Assembly (NCBI RefSeq): GCF_021869535.1
Contig: NW_026262701.1
Span: 110,484,001 to 110,548,000, forward strand
Length of the DNA: 64,000 nt
Direction of reading: 5' to 3'
Source of the DNA: Mytilus californianus
Lineage: Eukaryota
Shown in pieces: positions 1 through 11,839 of this stretch. The notes beneath the pieces are model-generated. The model was not told the DNA's origin and did no database searches. It saw only the letters and a list, made by a program, of their open reading frames with translations. Both the position numbers and the translations under genes were made by a program. Numbering within the stretch: the first letter of the stretch is position 1; the number at the start of each line of letters is the position of its first letter.

Positions 1-121
1 ATCTTTGAACCTATTGTTTGTTAATTGATAATTGACAGAGGTAAATACATTTTGCAACATTAACGTTTAAGAAGTTACATAACAACTTAGTTAGGTCAGC
101 TTCACACATTTCTTAACTTTT

Positions 122-266
122 NNNNNNNNNNNNNNNNNNNNNNNNNNNNNNNNNNNNNNNNNNNNNNNNNNNNNNNNNNNNNNNNNNNNNNNNNNNNNNN
201 NNNNNNNNNNNNNNNNNNNNNNNNNNNNNNNNNNNNNNNNNNNNNNNNNNNNNNNNNNNNNNNNNN
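122..266. other. Assembly gap (145 N)
   Basis: Run of N characters. Confidence 0.99.
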
Positions 267-639
267 ATTTTAGACATCTCACTGCAATATTACTATGATC
301 AGTTTATTTGCGTTTGACAGTAATACTCGAGGACGATTTAGAGCTTGACTAATTGTATAAACACATCATTCGGTCTATTGTTGAAAACCGAATGTTGATC
401 CATAGATTTTCTTTGGTTTTTTTTTTGTCTAATGTGGTTGCTGTCTCATTACAATTTCCTCATATTCAAACAATGGAATATATTTACCTGAACTAATTCT
501 TACCTAATCCAATGTTAAAAGTGACCATTAACACTTTTTAGACCTTAATATCAACATTTTTTATTATTGTCTTCAGTAAAAACTTATAAGAAACAAAATT
601 TTATTTTAATTTCTGTTTAATTTTCAAATTCTTGACGGT

Positions 640-870
640 GATAATTCATTTGGATTCTTTCTATTGAGTTTTGAATTAATGTGCACACATTGCCGTCGAA
701 AATTATTTAGCCCCAAATATCAACGGGGTTATTTCTCTTCAACTTCGTATTTTATTTGGCCTTTTTAACTTTTTTTTATTCGACCGTCACTGATGTTTCT
801 TTTACAGACGAACCGCGCGTCTGGTGTACATAATTCCAATCTTGATATCAAGATGAATAAACATGTCAAA
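640..870 (+). mobile_element. Degenerate retrozyme-like repeat with decayed type I hammerhead (785-826)
   Basis: cgtcaCTGATGTttcttttacagacGAACcgcgcgtctggtgt aligns to the intact copy at 34234-34275 but has core substitutions at A9 and A15.1. Confidence 0.6.
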
Positions 871-2189
871 AAGTGAAATAGAACGAGCTGTATCGAATTT
901 TTCTAATGAAAAAATGACGTCAGATTTATGTAGCTGTTGTTATTAGGTCATTTTTTGTCATAATGATTCTACGTATTTTCTGGCTTTTAAATGTTTACGT
1001 ATGAGTGTTAATGCTGAAGGCAATTCCATAAAAAAATGCTTCGGACTCGGACGCACGAAAATTAAAAAGTGATATTTTCATTTACACCCCTAAATAGGCC
1101 AAGAATGGAGATTTGGAAAATCTTATGATAATCTTTTTGATTTCAACATCATTTAGCGCGGTTTTCGGCATACTAAATATTCAAGTCAGACATTGTTATA
1201 TCAAACATAATGTTAACAGGTCTTTTTTGTCGACGCAAGCGTTATGAGTTTCTTTTCCTTAAAACAGATCAAATTTGGCCTGTTTCATTGAATTATGTGA
1301 CTTCTTGATTAGAGATTTCTGTTAGTTCTATCATTTATAGTATGAAACAGGACTAGATGTTTCTTCATTTTTATATATTAAAATCTTATACAAATACATG
1401 CACTACACAAGATCTTGTCTTTCTACACTGTTCAGTGCGTTGCTACATATGAATCTACTCAAAATTACAGCTGCCGATAATAAAGTGAAAGAAGATTTGG
1501 ATTCGGCAGATTATCTTGTGGCCTTACACAGTATATACAAAAAGCTGAATTTGATTGCTTTCAAATTAGTAAACAATGTATCAAAGTTGATGCTAAATCC
1601 GTTGAAATAGAGTCATTGTGTGGCAGAGGGAGCCAGACTGAGGATATGCCTAACGTTGGCAAGTTTAACGAATTGTATTTCTTACAGTATTCCTACTCAA
1701 AAACGTGTACATACATACACATACAAAGTCAAAAAAGTCAGCATGTAACTCTACATCTTTCGTTAATGACAAACATTATAGTTTGCATGAGGAGTTCCAC
1801 AAGGCTTGATTAACAGCAACGATATTTTCTTGTGTGCTTTCTTAATATTTGTTCATTTAGTTAACGATGTAAAAAGTGAAGCCGTGGTAAAATATCATGC
1901 ATCTTGCACTTTAAGTTTTAGCGACTTAATCGCACACATTTAAAAGACATCAATAAATCAAATAAATAAAAGTAGCTGCATCGTATACGTCAATAATTTA
2001 ACAACCCCCAAAGCAGATAGAAAAAATCAACCAAATGAGCGCTCGTTTGCATCATTAATAAATATCGTACCTAAAGTCTCTGTATTAAGATTGAAATTAA
2101 ACTTGAGTTAGAAGAACAACACACAATGTAATTTGCTTTATCAAATTATAGCTTGAAACACATATATCATTTTTCAGTGATAGTTTTAA

Positions 2190-2823
2190 ACCTGTTTTTG
2201 TGTCCAAGTGCTCCAAGAAACCTCTCTCTAAATTATTAACCTCAATTCTAGCAGCAACCAAAGACGGGCTTCTCAGTTATTGCGAAACTACCTATTCTAG
2301 AGGTAGCGTGAATCAGATGTGGATATTAAAAAATTCCAAAGATCTTTTAGAGTACATACAATCTAAGACTCTTTCATCTTGCAATAGTATTAAATCATTT
2401 GACTTTTCTACACTTTACACAAGTATTCCCCATTCCAAACTAAAAGACAAATTGAAAGAGTTGGTCCTGCTTTGTTTCATCAAAAAGAATGGCCAACGTA
2501 GATACAAGTATCTTGTCTAAGGGAGGGATAACTTGTACTTTGTAAAAAAATCACCTTGATTCAAACAATAAATTCCGTGAAACTAACATTATCAAGATGC
2601 TTGATTTCTTGATTGACAACATATTTGTTACGTTTAGAGGACGTGTTTTTCAACAAACAATCGGCATTTCCATGGGAACACTCTGTGCGTCTCTTCTTGC
2701 CGATTTGTTCTATTTTGCGTATGAGGCTGAATTCATACAGTAACTTCTTAGGAAAAAAAAAAGAAGTTAGCAGTATCCTTTAACTTCTTTTCCCGCTATA
2801 TAGATGATGTTCTCTCGCGAAAT
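2190..2823 (+). mobile_element. Naiad-type Penelope-like retroelement, RT 5' part (pseudogenised)
   Basis: Translation contains WILKNSK, SFDFSTLYTSIPH, GISMGTLCASLLADLF and RYIDDVLS; long spacer between motifs A and B'; stops and frameshifts. Confidence 0.85.
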
Positions 2824-4091
2824 AGGTGAAATGCCACCAAATCATAGTACGTCTCATTCGACCTTTGACCTTGTGTGTTCTCTCATTTGTGAAAATTTCA
2901 TGCTATTTAAGTGAAATATTACAAAAATGAAATATTGTCTCAAAAACACATTTTATGAGAAAATTGCCTTGTAATAGGACTTTTTTTGGGAGCTTTTCCT
3001 GACTTTCTCTCCTAATTTCTTATATTTTGCTATAATAGAAAACTTTTTTATAAGTAATACTTTAATAAATGTATAGTTATCAGTAAATGAAATTATTTTT
3101 GAAGCAGTAACAACAAATTATTCATTAAAAGGGAAGCTTTTTATGTCCCTCTCTGGAACACGGCGTAAATTTAAGTATTACGTAAAGACTTATTGAAACC
3201 TCCATGTCAGTGAACTTTTATATGGATAGTTCATTCAGATTGAATACTTCAATTACTCATTTATTATCTCATTTCCTTCATAAATGAGTGAAAGTTACCC
3301 CAAAATTTTTATTCATTGGCCTAAAAAGTTGAAATTTTGAGGAAATGAGAGAGAGAGGTATAAATGGACCAAAAGGGACCTTATAATGAAGACAAAGAGG
3401 TCCATAAGAGGTATTTATCATCTTAGAGTCATCTTTTGTATAATATTCAACTGTTTGTATGCAGATGAGATAAATAATTGGAATTTTTCGAAAAATTTTT
3501 GCTCAAATCGCAGTAGATGTTGTCTTACATTATATTAGATTTTTCTCAAACTATTGAACTGATTATGACAAAACTTGACAATAATGCTTGAAATAACTAG
3601 TATTACATTCAGTTAATTCAACAAACAAGTCTTCTTTAGGTGTAATACCACCAAATCATAGTACGTCACATCCGGTTGCATACGAAAAAGGGTAGAAAAA
3701 ATATTCCCTTGAATTTGACATTTGCATTTCATTGCAGTAAAAAATTTCTGAGACATAAACATATGTCTTGGGTGTTTCAAAGCACCATTATTTTTTTGAT
3801 TAGTATTTGTATAGAATATTTTGGAAACTTGAGGTTACATGGTTACTAAAGCTTGTACACAGGAAAAAAAAGGGGTGAAAATTTGATTGGTTAACTTCCA
3901 GTGTCAAATGGTTATTTTCTTATATGCAATGAAATGTTATGTGCAATTTTGTCTACAGTACTGGACAGGATAAAACGTTACTCATGCCAAGTATTTCTTT
4001 ATTTGAAACAAAGATAAATTCTGCAAAATTTTTTGAAAAGTGCAAGTTTAACAAAGACTAATAGGGGAAAATCATTGGTGGTATTACACCT
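2824..4091. mobile_element. Non-autonomous TIR element with 4-bp AAAT TSD (Sola-like) inserted into the Naiad RT
   Basis: Left end AGGTGAAATGCCACCAA vs right end reverse complement AGGTGTAATACCACCAA (15/17). AAAT at 2820-2823 and 4092-4095. Removing it restores the RT reading DDVLS-x-NNSTF. A second left end sits at 3638. Confidence 0.8.
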
Positions 4092-4790
4092 AAATAATTC
4101 AACATTTGGTGACTATGTTGAACGCATCTATCCCATCGAACTTGAGATCAAGAATACAACAGATACAGTTAAGTCTGCCTCATATTTTGATTTACATCTA
4201 GAAATTGACAATGAAGTTCGGTTGAAAACAAAACTTCATGCCAAAAGAGATGATTGCAATTTCCCGATTGTGAACTTTCCATTTCTATGTTTCAACATTC
4301 CAGTAGCGCCTGCATACGGAGTATATATTTCCCAGTTGATACGATATTCCAGGGCTTGTATTTTCTATCATGATTTTTTTGATAGAGGGTTGCTGCTCAC
4401 AAGGAAGATATTAAACTAAGAGTTCCAAATGGTGAAGTTGAAATCATCCCTTCGTTAATTTTATGGACGCCATCGCGAGTTTGTTGACCGTAATGGAATA
4501 TCTATTTCACAAATGACAACGGATATGTTCCAATTGTCGTAATTACAAGGCCGCCACCTTTTCCCCGAATCTAACCCACCGAATGAAACTTATCACCTGG
4601 TTTGTACTAACATGAGCACGACGAGTACCACATGTGGAGCGGGATCTGCTTACCCTTCCGGAGCACCTGAGATCAACTCCGGTTTTTTGTTGGGGTTCGT
4701 GTTGCTCAGTCTTTGGATTTCTATGTTGTGTTTTGTGTACTGTTGTTTTTCTGTTTGTTTTTTTGTTTGGTTTTTTTTTTGGCGTTTCAA
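4092..4790 (+). mobile_element. Naiad-type Penelope-like element, RT thumb and 3' terminal repeat
   Basis: IYPIELEIK, KRDDCNFPIVNFPFL, PAYGVYISQLIRYSRAC. The ORF ends without a C-terminal endonuclease and is followed by the cttacccttccggagcacctgagatca repeat. Confidence 0.85.
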
Positions 4791-4874
4791 AACATTATCA
4801 GGATATTTATCAATGTTCTCTGTACATGTTTTACTTTTACTAAATATATGTTTATGTGGCGTTGAAATATTTAC

Positions 4875-5093
4875 CTGGTTTATCTGATGGTGCAAAGAAA
4901 TGCAATATTCCCTCTCGATTTTTACAAAATTCTACAAACTGTCTATACAAATCTTTTCTACCTAGGTGCCATATCATTGCTTGGAACGTTGCGAGATTTT
5001 CATTTGACAACATGTTTAATTCTTTCATATGTCTGAAAAGGCTAATGCAATCCTCTATTTTCTCTAAAATTCCTTTTGCCATGCCATTTTTTC
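4875..5093 (-). CDS. DED-protein paralog A, exon 2 (C-terminal half of DED)
   Basis: AG acceptor and G|GTAAAT donor; 219 nt, phase 1-1; GKNGMAKGILEKIEDCISLF...QAMIWHLGRKDLY (RxDL motif); same length as paralog B exon 2. Confidence 0.85.
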
Positions 5094-5350
5094 CTGGTGA
5101 TAAAATAATGCAAAAGAGTAAATATTTCTCAATTTAAAGTTTCGAACAGTTATAACATGCAAGGTTGATATATGTACTATAATGTAGCATAAAATCAAAT
5201 CAATAACGGCAGAAATAAAGAAAATAAAAGAAGAACTTGTCTGAATAAAAAAGTTAAAGGCCAAATAAAGTACGAAGTTGAAAAGCATTAAAGGCAAACA
5301 ATTCGAAAAGTTTTACCAAATACAGTTAAGGTACTCCTGTGTATATATAT

Positions 5351-5561
5351 ATGTGGAGCAGGATCTGCTTACCCTTCCGGAGCACCTGAGATCACCCCCA
5401 GTTTTTGGTGGGGTTCGTGTTGCTTAGTCTTTAGTTTTCTATGTTGTGTCATCTGTACTATTATTTGTCTGTTTGTCTTTTTATTTTTGGCCATGGCGTT
5501 GTCAGTTTGTTTTCGATCCATGAGTTTGACTGTCCCTCTGGTATCTTTCGTCCCTCTTTTA
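5351..5561 (+). repeat. Dispersed ~200-bp repeat matching the 3' end of the Naiad element (solo terminal-repeat or SINE-like copy)
   Basis: Near-identical to 4631-4790; further copies at about 11388-11535, 13733-13900 and 21086-21256. Confidence 0.8.
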
Positions 5562-6191
5562 CAAACGGCATGTAATACCCCTTTGTGTAATTTGTCCATA
5601 GCAGTTGTTAAAAATTATACATGTTTTTGTCAAATTATACATCGAAAGATCATTAACATAAATCGAGGATTAAGTCGTACCATACAAATCATTGTCATAA
5701 AATAATTAATGTAAATCTCCAAGTCAATTATATAGAAATACTTCTAATACAATATTAATTTTAGTTAAGAATGTTCTTAGTATTCATTTTATATATTTAC
5801 CAAAACCTGTCAAAATTGAAGTTTTGAACTATCTATAGGTATCTGAAATTCGATGAACTTAATATTCAGAAATACACTAGTTAAAATGAAGAGAAAAAAA
5901 TGCAGAGGCAATTGGTCCATTATCTTTTCTGTTCATTTCGGGCATATTTCATTATAAGTTTATTTAATCATGAAGTTGATTAAAATTGTTATTTTGTGTC
6001 TTTTTAAGTATATCATCTCGATCCAGATTCCTCCTAGTAGTAGATTTTGGAATTCTGATTTGTCCTGGATTTTGATAGTATAAGTCCAAAATCCAATTTC
6101 TACTAGTTTTACGAGTAAAATGGAAGTAAGAAGCAAAGAATGCAAAGAATGCAAAATGAAATGATAAAAAGCATGTTTTGAAAATACGTAC

Positions 6192-6336
6192 CTGAACAAT
6201 AAAACTTTATTTCGTTAAATTCCTCGTCTGTAATTTGCCTTGCAATTTTCATTAAAAATACGTGAAGTTGATAATCATCTGATGGATTCAGTCTGATGCC
6301 CTCTAATTTTCTGCTTTTAGATTTATCAGGTTCCAT
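6192..6336 (-). CDS. DED-protein paralog A, exon 1 (start codon, N-terminal half of DED)
   Basis: ATG at 6336; MEPDKSK...SDDYQLHVFLMKIARQITDEEFNEIKFYCS; donor G|GTACGT; phase 1 matches exon 2; homologous to paralog B exon 1. Confidence 0.85.
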
Positions 6337-7812
6337 TTTGTTCTCATTAATCGAACATACAATTAATCAGTTCCGATAAAGGCAATGACTGCTTATCAAA
6401 CTTTAAGAATAGTTCGGTTTGATTGTCTTCTTCTCTTTTTACATATTCACACACATATAGTAGAGATCATATGCATAAGAATATTCCTCTTGTTAAAACT
6501 ATACTGTTGCAACAAAGTAAATGTGATTAAATAAATATCCATAGATAACTGTACAAAACATATGACATTAACGGATTTTTATGCAAGAGGTACGACATTA
6601 CCTAGACGTCGTCCGCCATGTAAACAACCGACTTTTATCAATATAAAACTTAAATGGAATTTTACAGAATAATAGATTTTATTGGTTATCGATATTCTTT
6701 ACCTTTGACACATGTAACTAATATAATTGTCATTGGCGGTATTCCAAATAGATATCATTTTAAGTTAAATCTTTTTAAAGTAATGGAAGGCCCAAAAATT
6801 GTATCTTATTTATTTGACAAAGTTTTACGTACTAGCAAATAGATAAAACTCTTCCATGGCTATGATTTTTCACCTGGTACACAAAACAAAGTCTTGATAA
6901 TGTAGGAATATAACATTTGCTTCATTTTTTAAAAGAGATATTTTATACCAAAATTATGATTTCTGTCGTACTGTTTTAATACTTTGCATACGGTAGTAAA
7001 AGATTTATTTGTAAATCATGAATTCTAACACTGCGTCTTGATATATATATTCAAATCAAATGCAATGTACAGTATTTGTCCAAATAAGAAAATATTTATG
7101 TTAAGGATTCTTTCGTCGTACACATGTTGAATTACTGTTTAATGAAATGGTTCAAAAGCTTGAAATTAACAAAAATACATCCCCATTATACATGAATATG
7201 TGCATGCATTTTCACAACATAAACATCAATTGTAATCTCAAATTTATTTGTAAGTTCCTAGATTTACAAATGTCAAATCTTTTCATGTATTTGTATATGA
7301 AGATTCTACACGACACTGATAATGATTCGCTCAATTTTTAAAAATTTTTTTTTTTTGTCTGAAAGTTTTCAGTCAATATGGCTTGGTATTTGTCTTATTT
7401 GAATAAATGTACAAGAAATATCTATATCATGAGTATTTAACTTTATATGATTTTTTTTTCACAACTTCAAATATTCTACTGCACTAATAGTTGTGAACAA
7501 TGCCCCTTAGTGCTACAATAATGACACTAAGGTTCCTCCCTGTGTTGTTAATTGCTAGTGAAACCAGGTGCTTTAATAAGCAATATTAACATACATTTAA
7601 GTTCTGTTTTAGTTGCATTTTACAAAGCATTTCTACGAGCACATATATATACATATTTGTTGACACTAAAACAATCAAAGGAAAATTATCCGGATCTGTT
7701 TTGATTTTAATTTCGCATTTCAACCGAAAGAAGAATTAATCGAACAAGCATGGCTTGGAAATTAATTTCATGAAAGCTGAGTAAGTATTGCATTTATTAT
7801 GATTGTCTTTCA

Positions 7813-10307
7813 CACTGTGTCTAAACTACCCCGGCAAAAAATGTTTGGACTCAATGGTATCTAATATCCGGTACGGTGACGGACCATCAACAGACAGAGA
7901 AAAGATAGGATTTCTGTTTATTTATTTGTTAATTTTATGATATTGAAGAATACAAATACATATATAACTATTTTCGATTGTGAGATGTAATATTTTCTAC
8001 AACCGTTCTAGATTAACGAAAAATTAAGTAAAAAGGCTCGTCAAAATGATCAATTGAGTGAACCTTGCCGCGAATTTGTTAAATTTCTCGTTAAATTGTG
8101 CACGTTTCTCGGAAAGAAAGGAACAGGAAGAAAGATATTAACATGGAGATTACAAGACTAGTCACTTTGAGCACCTCAATATTTGTATTTCTGTGCATGG
8201 AACGAAAGTAATGGGTCATGTAAAAATGGAAGGACCCAGTTTTGTCAATGTTGTTTACTACACAATGACACGGTTTTGTCAATGTTTATGACCCGGTTTT
8301 GTTTCATTTTGAAACAAAAACTATATAAAGTGACGTTAACACGTATCTGAACACTGTCCGTCGAATGAATATATATGTAATTTTAAACGAACCTGTCGTG
8401 TTTTGTTTGTTTGTTTGTTTTTTTAGGGGTGGGTCCCAGGTTCGGGGAGGGTTGGCGCCTTCAAACTAGTTAACCCTGCCACATTCTGCATGTGCATGTT
8501 CCAAGTCAGGAGGCTGTAATTCAGTTGTTGTCATTTGTTGCTGTATATCATATTTGTTTTTCATTCATTATTCTGTACATAAATCAGGCCGTTAGTTTTT
8601 GTCGTTTAATTTTTTTTACATTTGTCAATGTGGAGCATTTTATAACTGACTATGCGGTATGGGTTTTGCTAAATGTTGAAGACTGTACGGTGACCTATAG
8701 TTGTTAATTTCTATGTCATTTAGTCTCTTGTGGAGAGGTGTCACATTGGCAATCATACCACATCTTCTTATTTTTTATATATCTTATTATAGAAAATATA
8801 AATTGCCACTTAAAGAATCCCCCCTTCATTTTTTAAATTTTCTCCTACATCACTGATATGTATCAAAGAAATGAGCAATAATTTCACTCACACACAGCTT
8901 GAAATTGAGAAGCGCTGGTGTTAACGCAAAACCCCTATTTCATTAAAGACTAAATATCGTTAAACATCGTAGTACACAAACTGGTATATCATTTTTTTGT
9001 GTGTGTTCAAGTCAGATACAAAACAAAAGTAACAAAAGAATCGGGATGGTAATAACCAGCCGTATAGTTTTTTCCTGCACTTGTTGTCAGGTCAAGGTCA
9101 TTGTCTATCGCCTCAGACATTGAACCGACTACTCGTGCAGAAAAACTATACGGCAACGGTTGTTTCCAGCCTGGTATTTTTGTTACCTTTGTTTTGTATC
9201 TAATACCTAATGTAAGTTTTCACACTTGCGCACACACGTAACATAGCTAAGGGATTTTCAACTTTTCATCTATTTTCAGGTAAGCACATTTAATATCATG
9301 GGACTTTTAAAGCATGTTTTACAAATCATATTCACAGTTCAAATTAAAAAAAAAGGTTAATATTTGAAATAAAAGTTTATTACAATTTTGTATTTTCCAT
9401 ATCATATCTTTAGAATTTTTAAAACCAACATAAGATTGTGGACAAGTTTGGTTGAATTTAGCCCTGTATTTTCAGAGGAGAAGACTTTTGTAAAAATTAA
9501 TGGACGACGACGAACGACGGACTACGGAAGCCAAGTGATGATAAAAGCTCACTTTGTGCTTTGGGTCAAGTGAGCTAAAAACCAACAAAGAATTCAAAAC
9601 AAGATTGCATCGTTCTTAAATTTTTTTAAAAAGTCTAACAATTCATAATTTAGTCTCACACAAACGGGATGCCTTATTAAACAAAGCAAAATTAGAATTA
9701 TTTTTTTTCAATAAAGCAGTAATTCTAGTGTTTACGGATTCAAAATAAAAAATAAATTGTCTTTTGAAAGAAGCCATTTTCCAAAGAGCCATAAAACTCC
9801 ATTTGAACGCCGGAGTTTAATTTACGTTGTGCTATTATGCATTATTTTCTATGACAAAACAGGGTCCTGCTTTGTGAAATTTAAGGACGAAACCGAGTTC
9901 TTCCATTTTGACATGACCCAATAATTTCGTTCCATGCACAGAAATACAAATATTGAGGTGCTCAAAGTGACTAGTCTTGTAATCTCCATGTTAATATCTT
10001 TCTTTCTGTACCTTTCTTTCCGTACAACGTGCACAATTTAAAGAGAAATTTAACAAATTCGTTGCAAGGTTCACTCAATTGATCATTTTGACGAGCCTTT
10101 TTACTTATTTTTCCGTTAATCAAGAAAATATTATATCTCACAATCGAAAATAGTTATATATGTATTTATATTCTTCAATATCATAAAATTAACAAATAAA
10201 TAAACAGAAATCCTATCTTTTCTCTGTCTGTTGATGGTACTTCACCGTACCGGATATTAGATACCATTGAGTCCAAACATTTTTGGCGGGGTAGTTTAGA
10301 CACAGTG
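7813..10307. mobile_element. Non-autonomous long-TIR DNA transposon with Transib/RAG-like ends
   Basis: Both ends read 5'-CACTGTG inward. Perfect 5-bp TSD TTTCA (7808-7812 and 10308-10312). Inverted arms of about 440 bp (7813-8248 vs 9851-10307). No transposase ORF. Confidence 0.85.
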
Positions 10308-11839
10308 TTTCAATAATATCAAACTACTGAAAGAATTCAGAAATGTGTAAAGTTTGTAGACAATCTGCTACGTATATAAAATAAATCAAGGAAGGATTCC
10401 CCCCTTTGTTAATTGATTTTTGGTTGCTGAAAAACTATAACATATTTTTATAGCATAGTTCTAATAAAAAAGAGAAATATAATCAAAGTTCGAAAATTTT
10501 CTTCTGAAATTTTCTCAAACATGGACTATCTGGATGATATAAAAATTGTATTTTAATTCATTTTTTAGGGCTGACAACATATTCATAAATTTAGTTCTTT
10601 TTTTCTGATAAGTAAAAATATTTATAAGTCACAAATCAAATCAGTGTTATAATATGATTAAGTGCGTTATATTCAATATCTTCAATTTTTTATCCTAGTA
10701 CGAGATTGTTAATACAAAACACATGTTGATCGATATAAAATACATAAATATTTTGTATATGAATGATCAATAATTTTTAACCCATTTGCATTCGAAGAAA
10801 AAATGGTTATTGTTATCAAATTTGAAACATTTGGACTATGCGTTTTGAATTTTCCTTGGAGTTGGGTATTTTTTTTATTTTACTTTCTCCTAATCTGAGT
10901 TCTCAAAAGATTCTATTTTGCTTACTTACATCTCCTGGCTTATCAGATCAACCAAGAATCTCCAAACGCAGTATCAATGAAAATAATCATATTTTTGCTT
11001 TACAACCAAAGCCTGGTATGGTGAGTATTTATTATCTGAATAAGTAACATACCAGGTATAACGAATTTGAGCTATTTAATCAATATTTAGATTATTTCTA
11101 TCATATCTTTGTTGCATATTTCTTAAAGAATTAATTTTGGTCCACATTGTTTCATCTTTAACCCAGTTGGAGCAGAAAACGTTTCAATCTCCAAGCTCCA
11201 AGTGCTTTTATTCCTTGGAAATTTAGGAGAATTCATTTAATGATAAGTCTTGGAAACAGAGTACCTTCATTTTAAAAAATGTTAAGAGTTTCATCTGATA
11301 TAGCTCTCATTCTTTTGAGATACTAGTCTAAGAACACAATAAAACAAAAGACATGCGTTGCAGTTCTACATTATTATTTTAAATTTACCTGAGATTACCC
11401 TCGATTTTTGGTGGGGTTCGTGTTGCTGAATCTTTAGCTTTTATGTTGTGTTTTTATTCTTTTCGTCGTTTTTCTTTTTTTTTGCCATGGCATTGTCAGT
11501 TTGTTTTCGATTGATGAGTTTGAAAATGACTTGGGTATCTTTCGCCTCTCTTTTCAAACATGCTATTATGATGAGATTGAAGAAAGCCTATATACAGCCG
11601 AGACTGATCATGCTTTTCGAATAAAATAAACTTGAAACTACATTGTAGAAGAAAACTACTGCATGTGAATGAAAATAAAATTTTGTAAATTTTTGACCAA
11701 GGGAAAAGAATAAGAAAATCAAAGACCTGAAAGCAGTAATGGAAAGTTTACCGAGAAAAAAGAAAAGAATTAAAGAAAAATTCAGCAATGTCTTTATTTG
11801 TGAAGACAAATTAGAGAGAATTGCATTTGGAGGTAGATC

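Noticed and set aside
1455-1525. Terminal anchor exon of paralog A (GHKIICRIQIFFHFIIGSCNFE-stop, minus strand)
   Set aside because: Weak acceptor, low hydrophobicity, no real similarity to the paralog B last exon, and no intervening exons 3-7.
4033-4091. N-terminus of the 128-aa ORF
   Set aside because: It derives from the right end of the inserted TIR element, not from the RT.
7813-7850. True 12/23 recombination signal pair
   Set aside because: Both ends have the same spacing (A-tract about 2 nt later than in a 12-RSS) and no ACAAAAACC nonamer; only the heptamer and TSD resemblance is supported.
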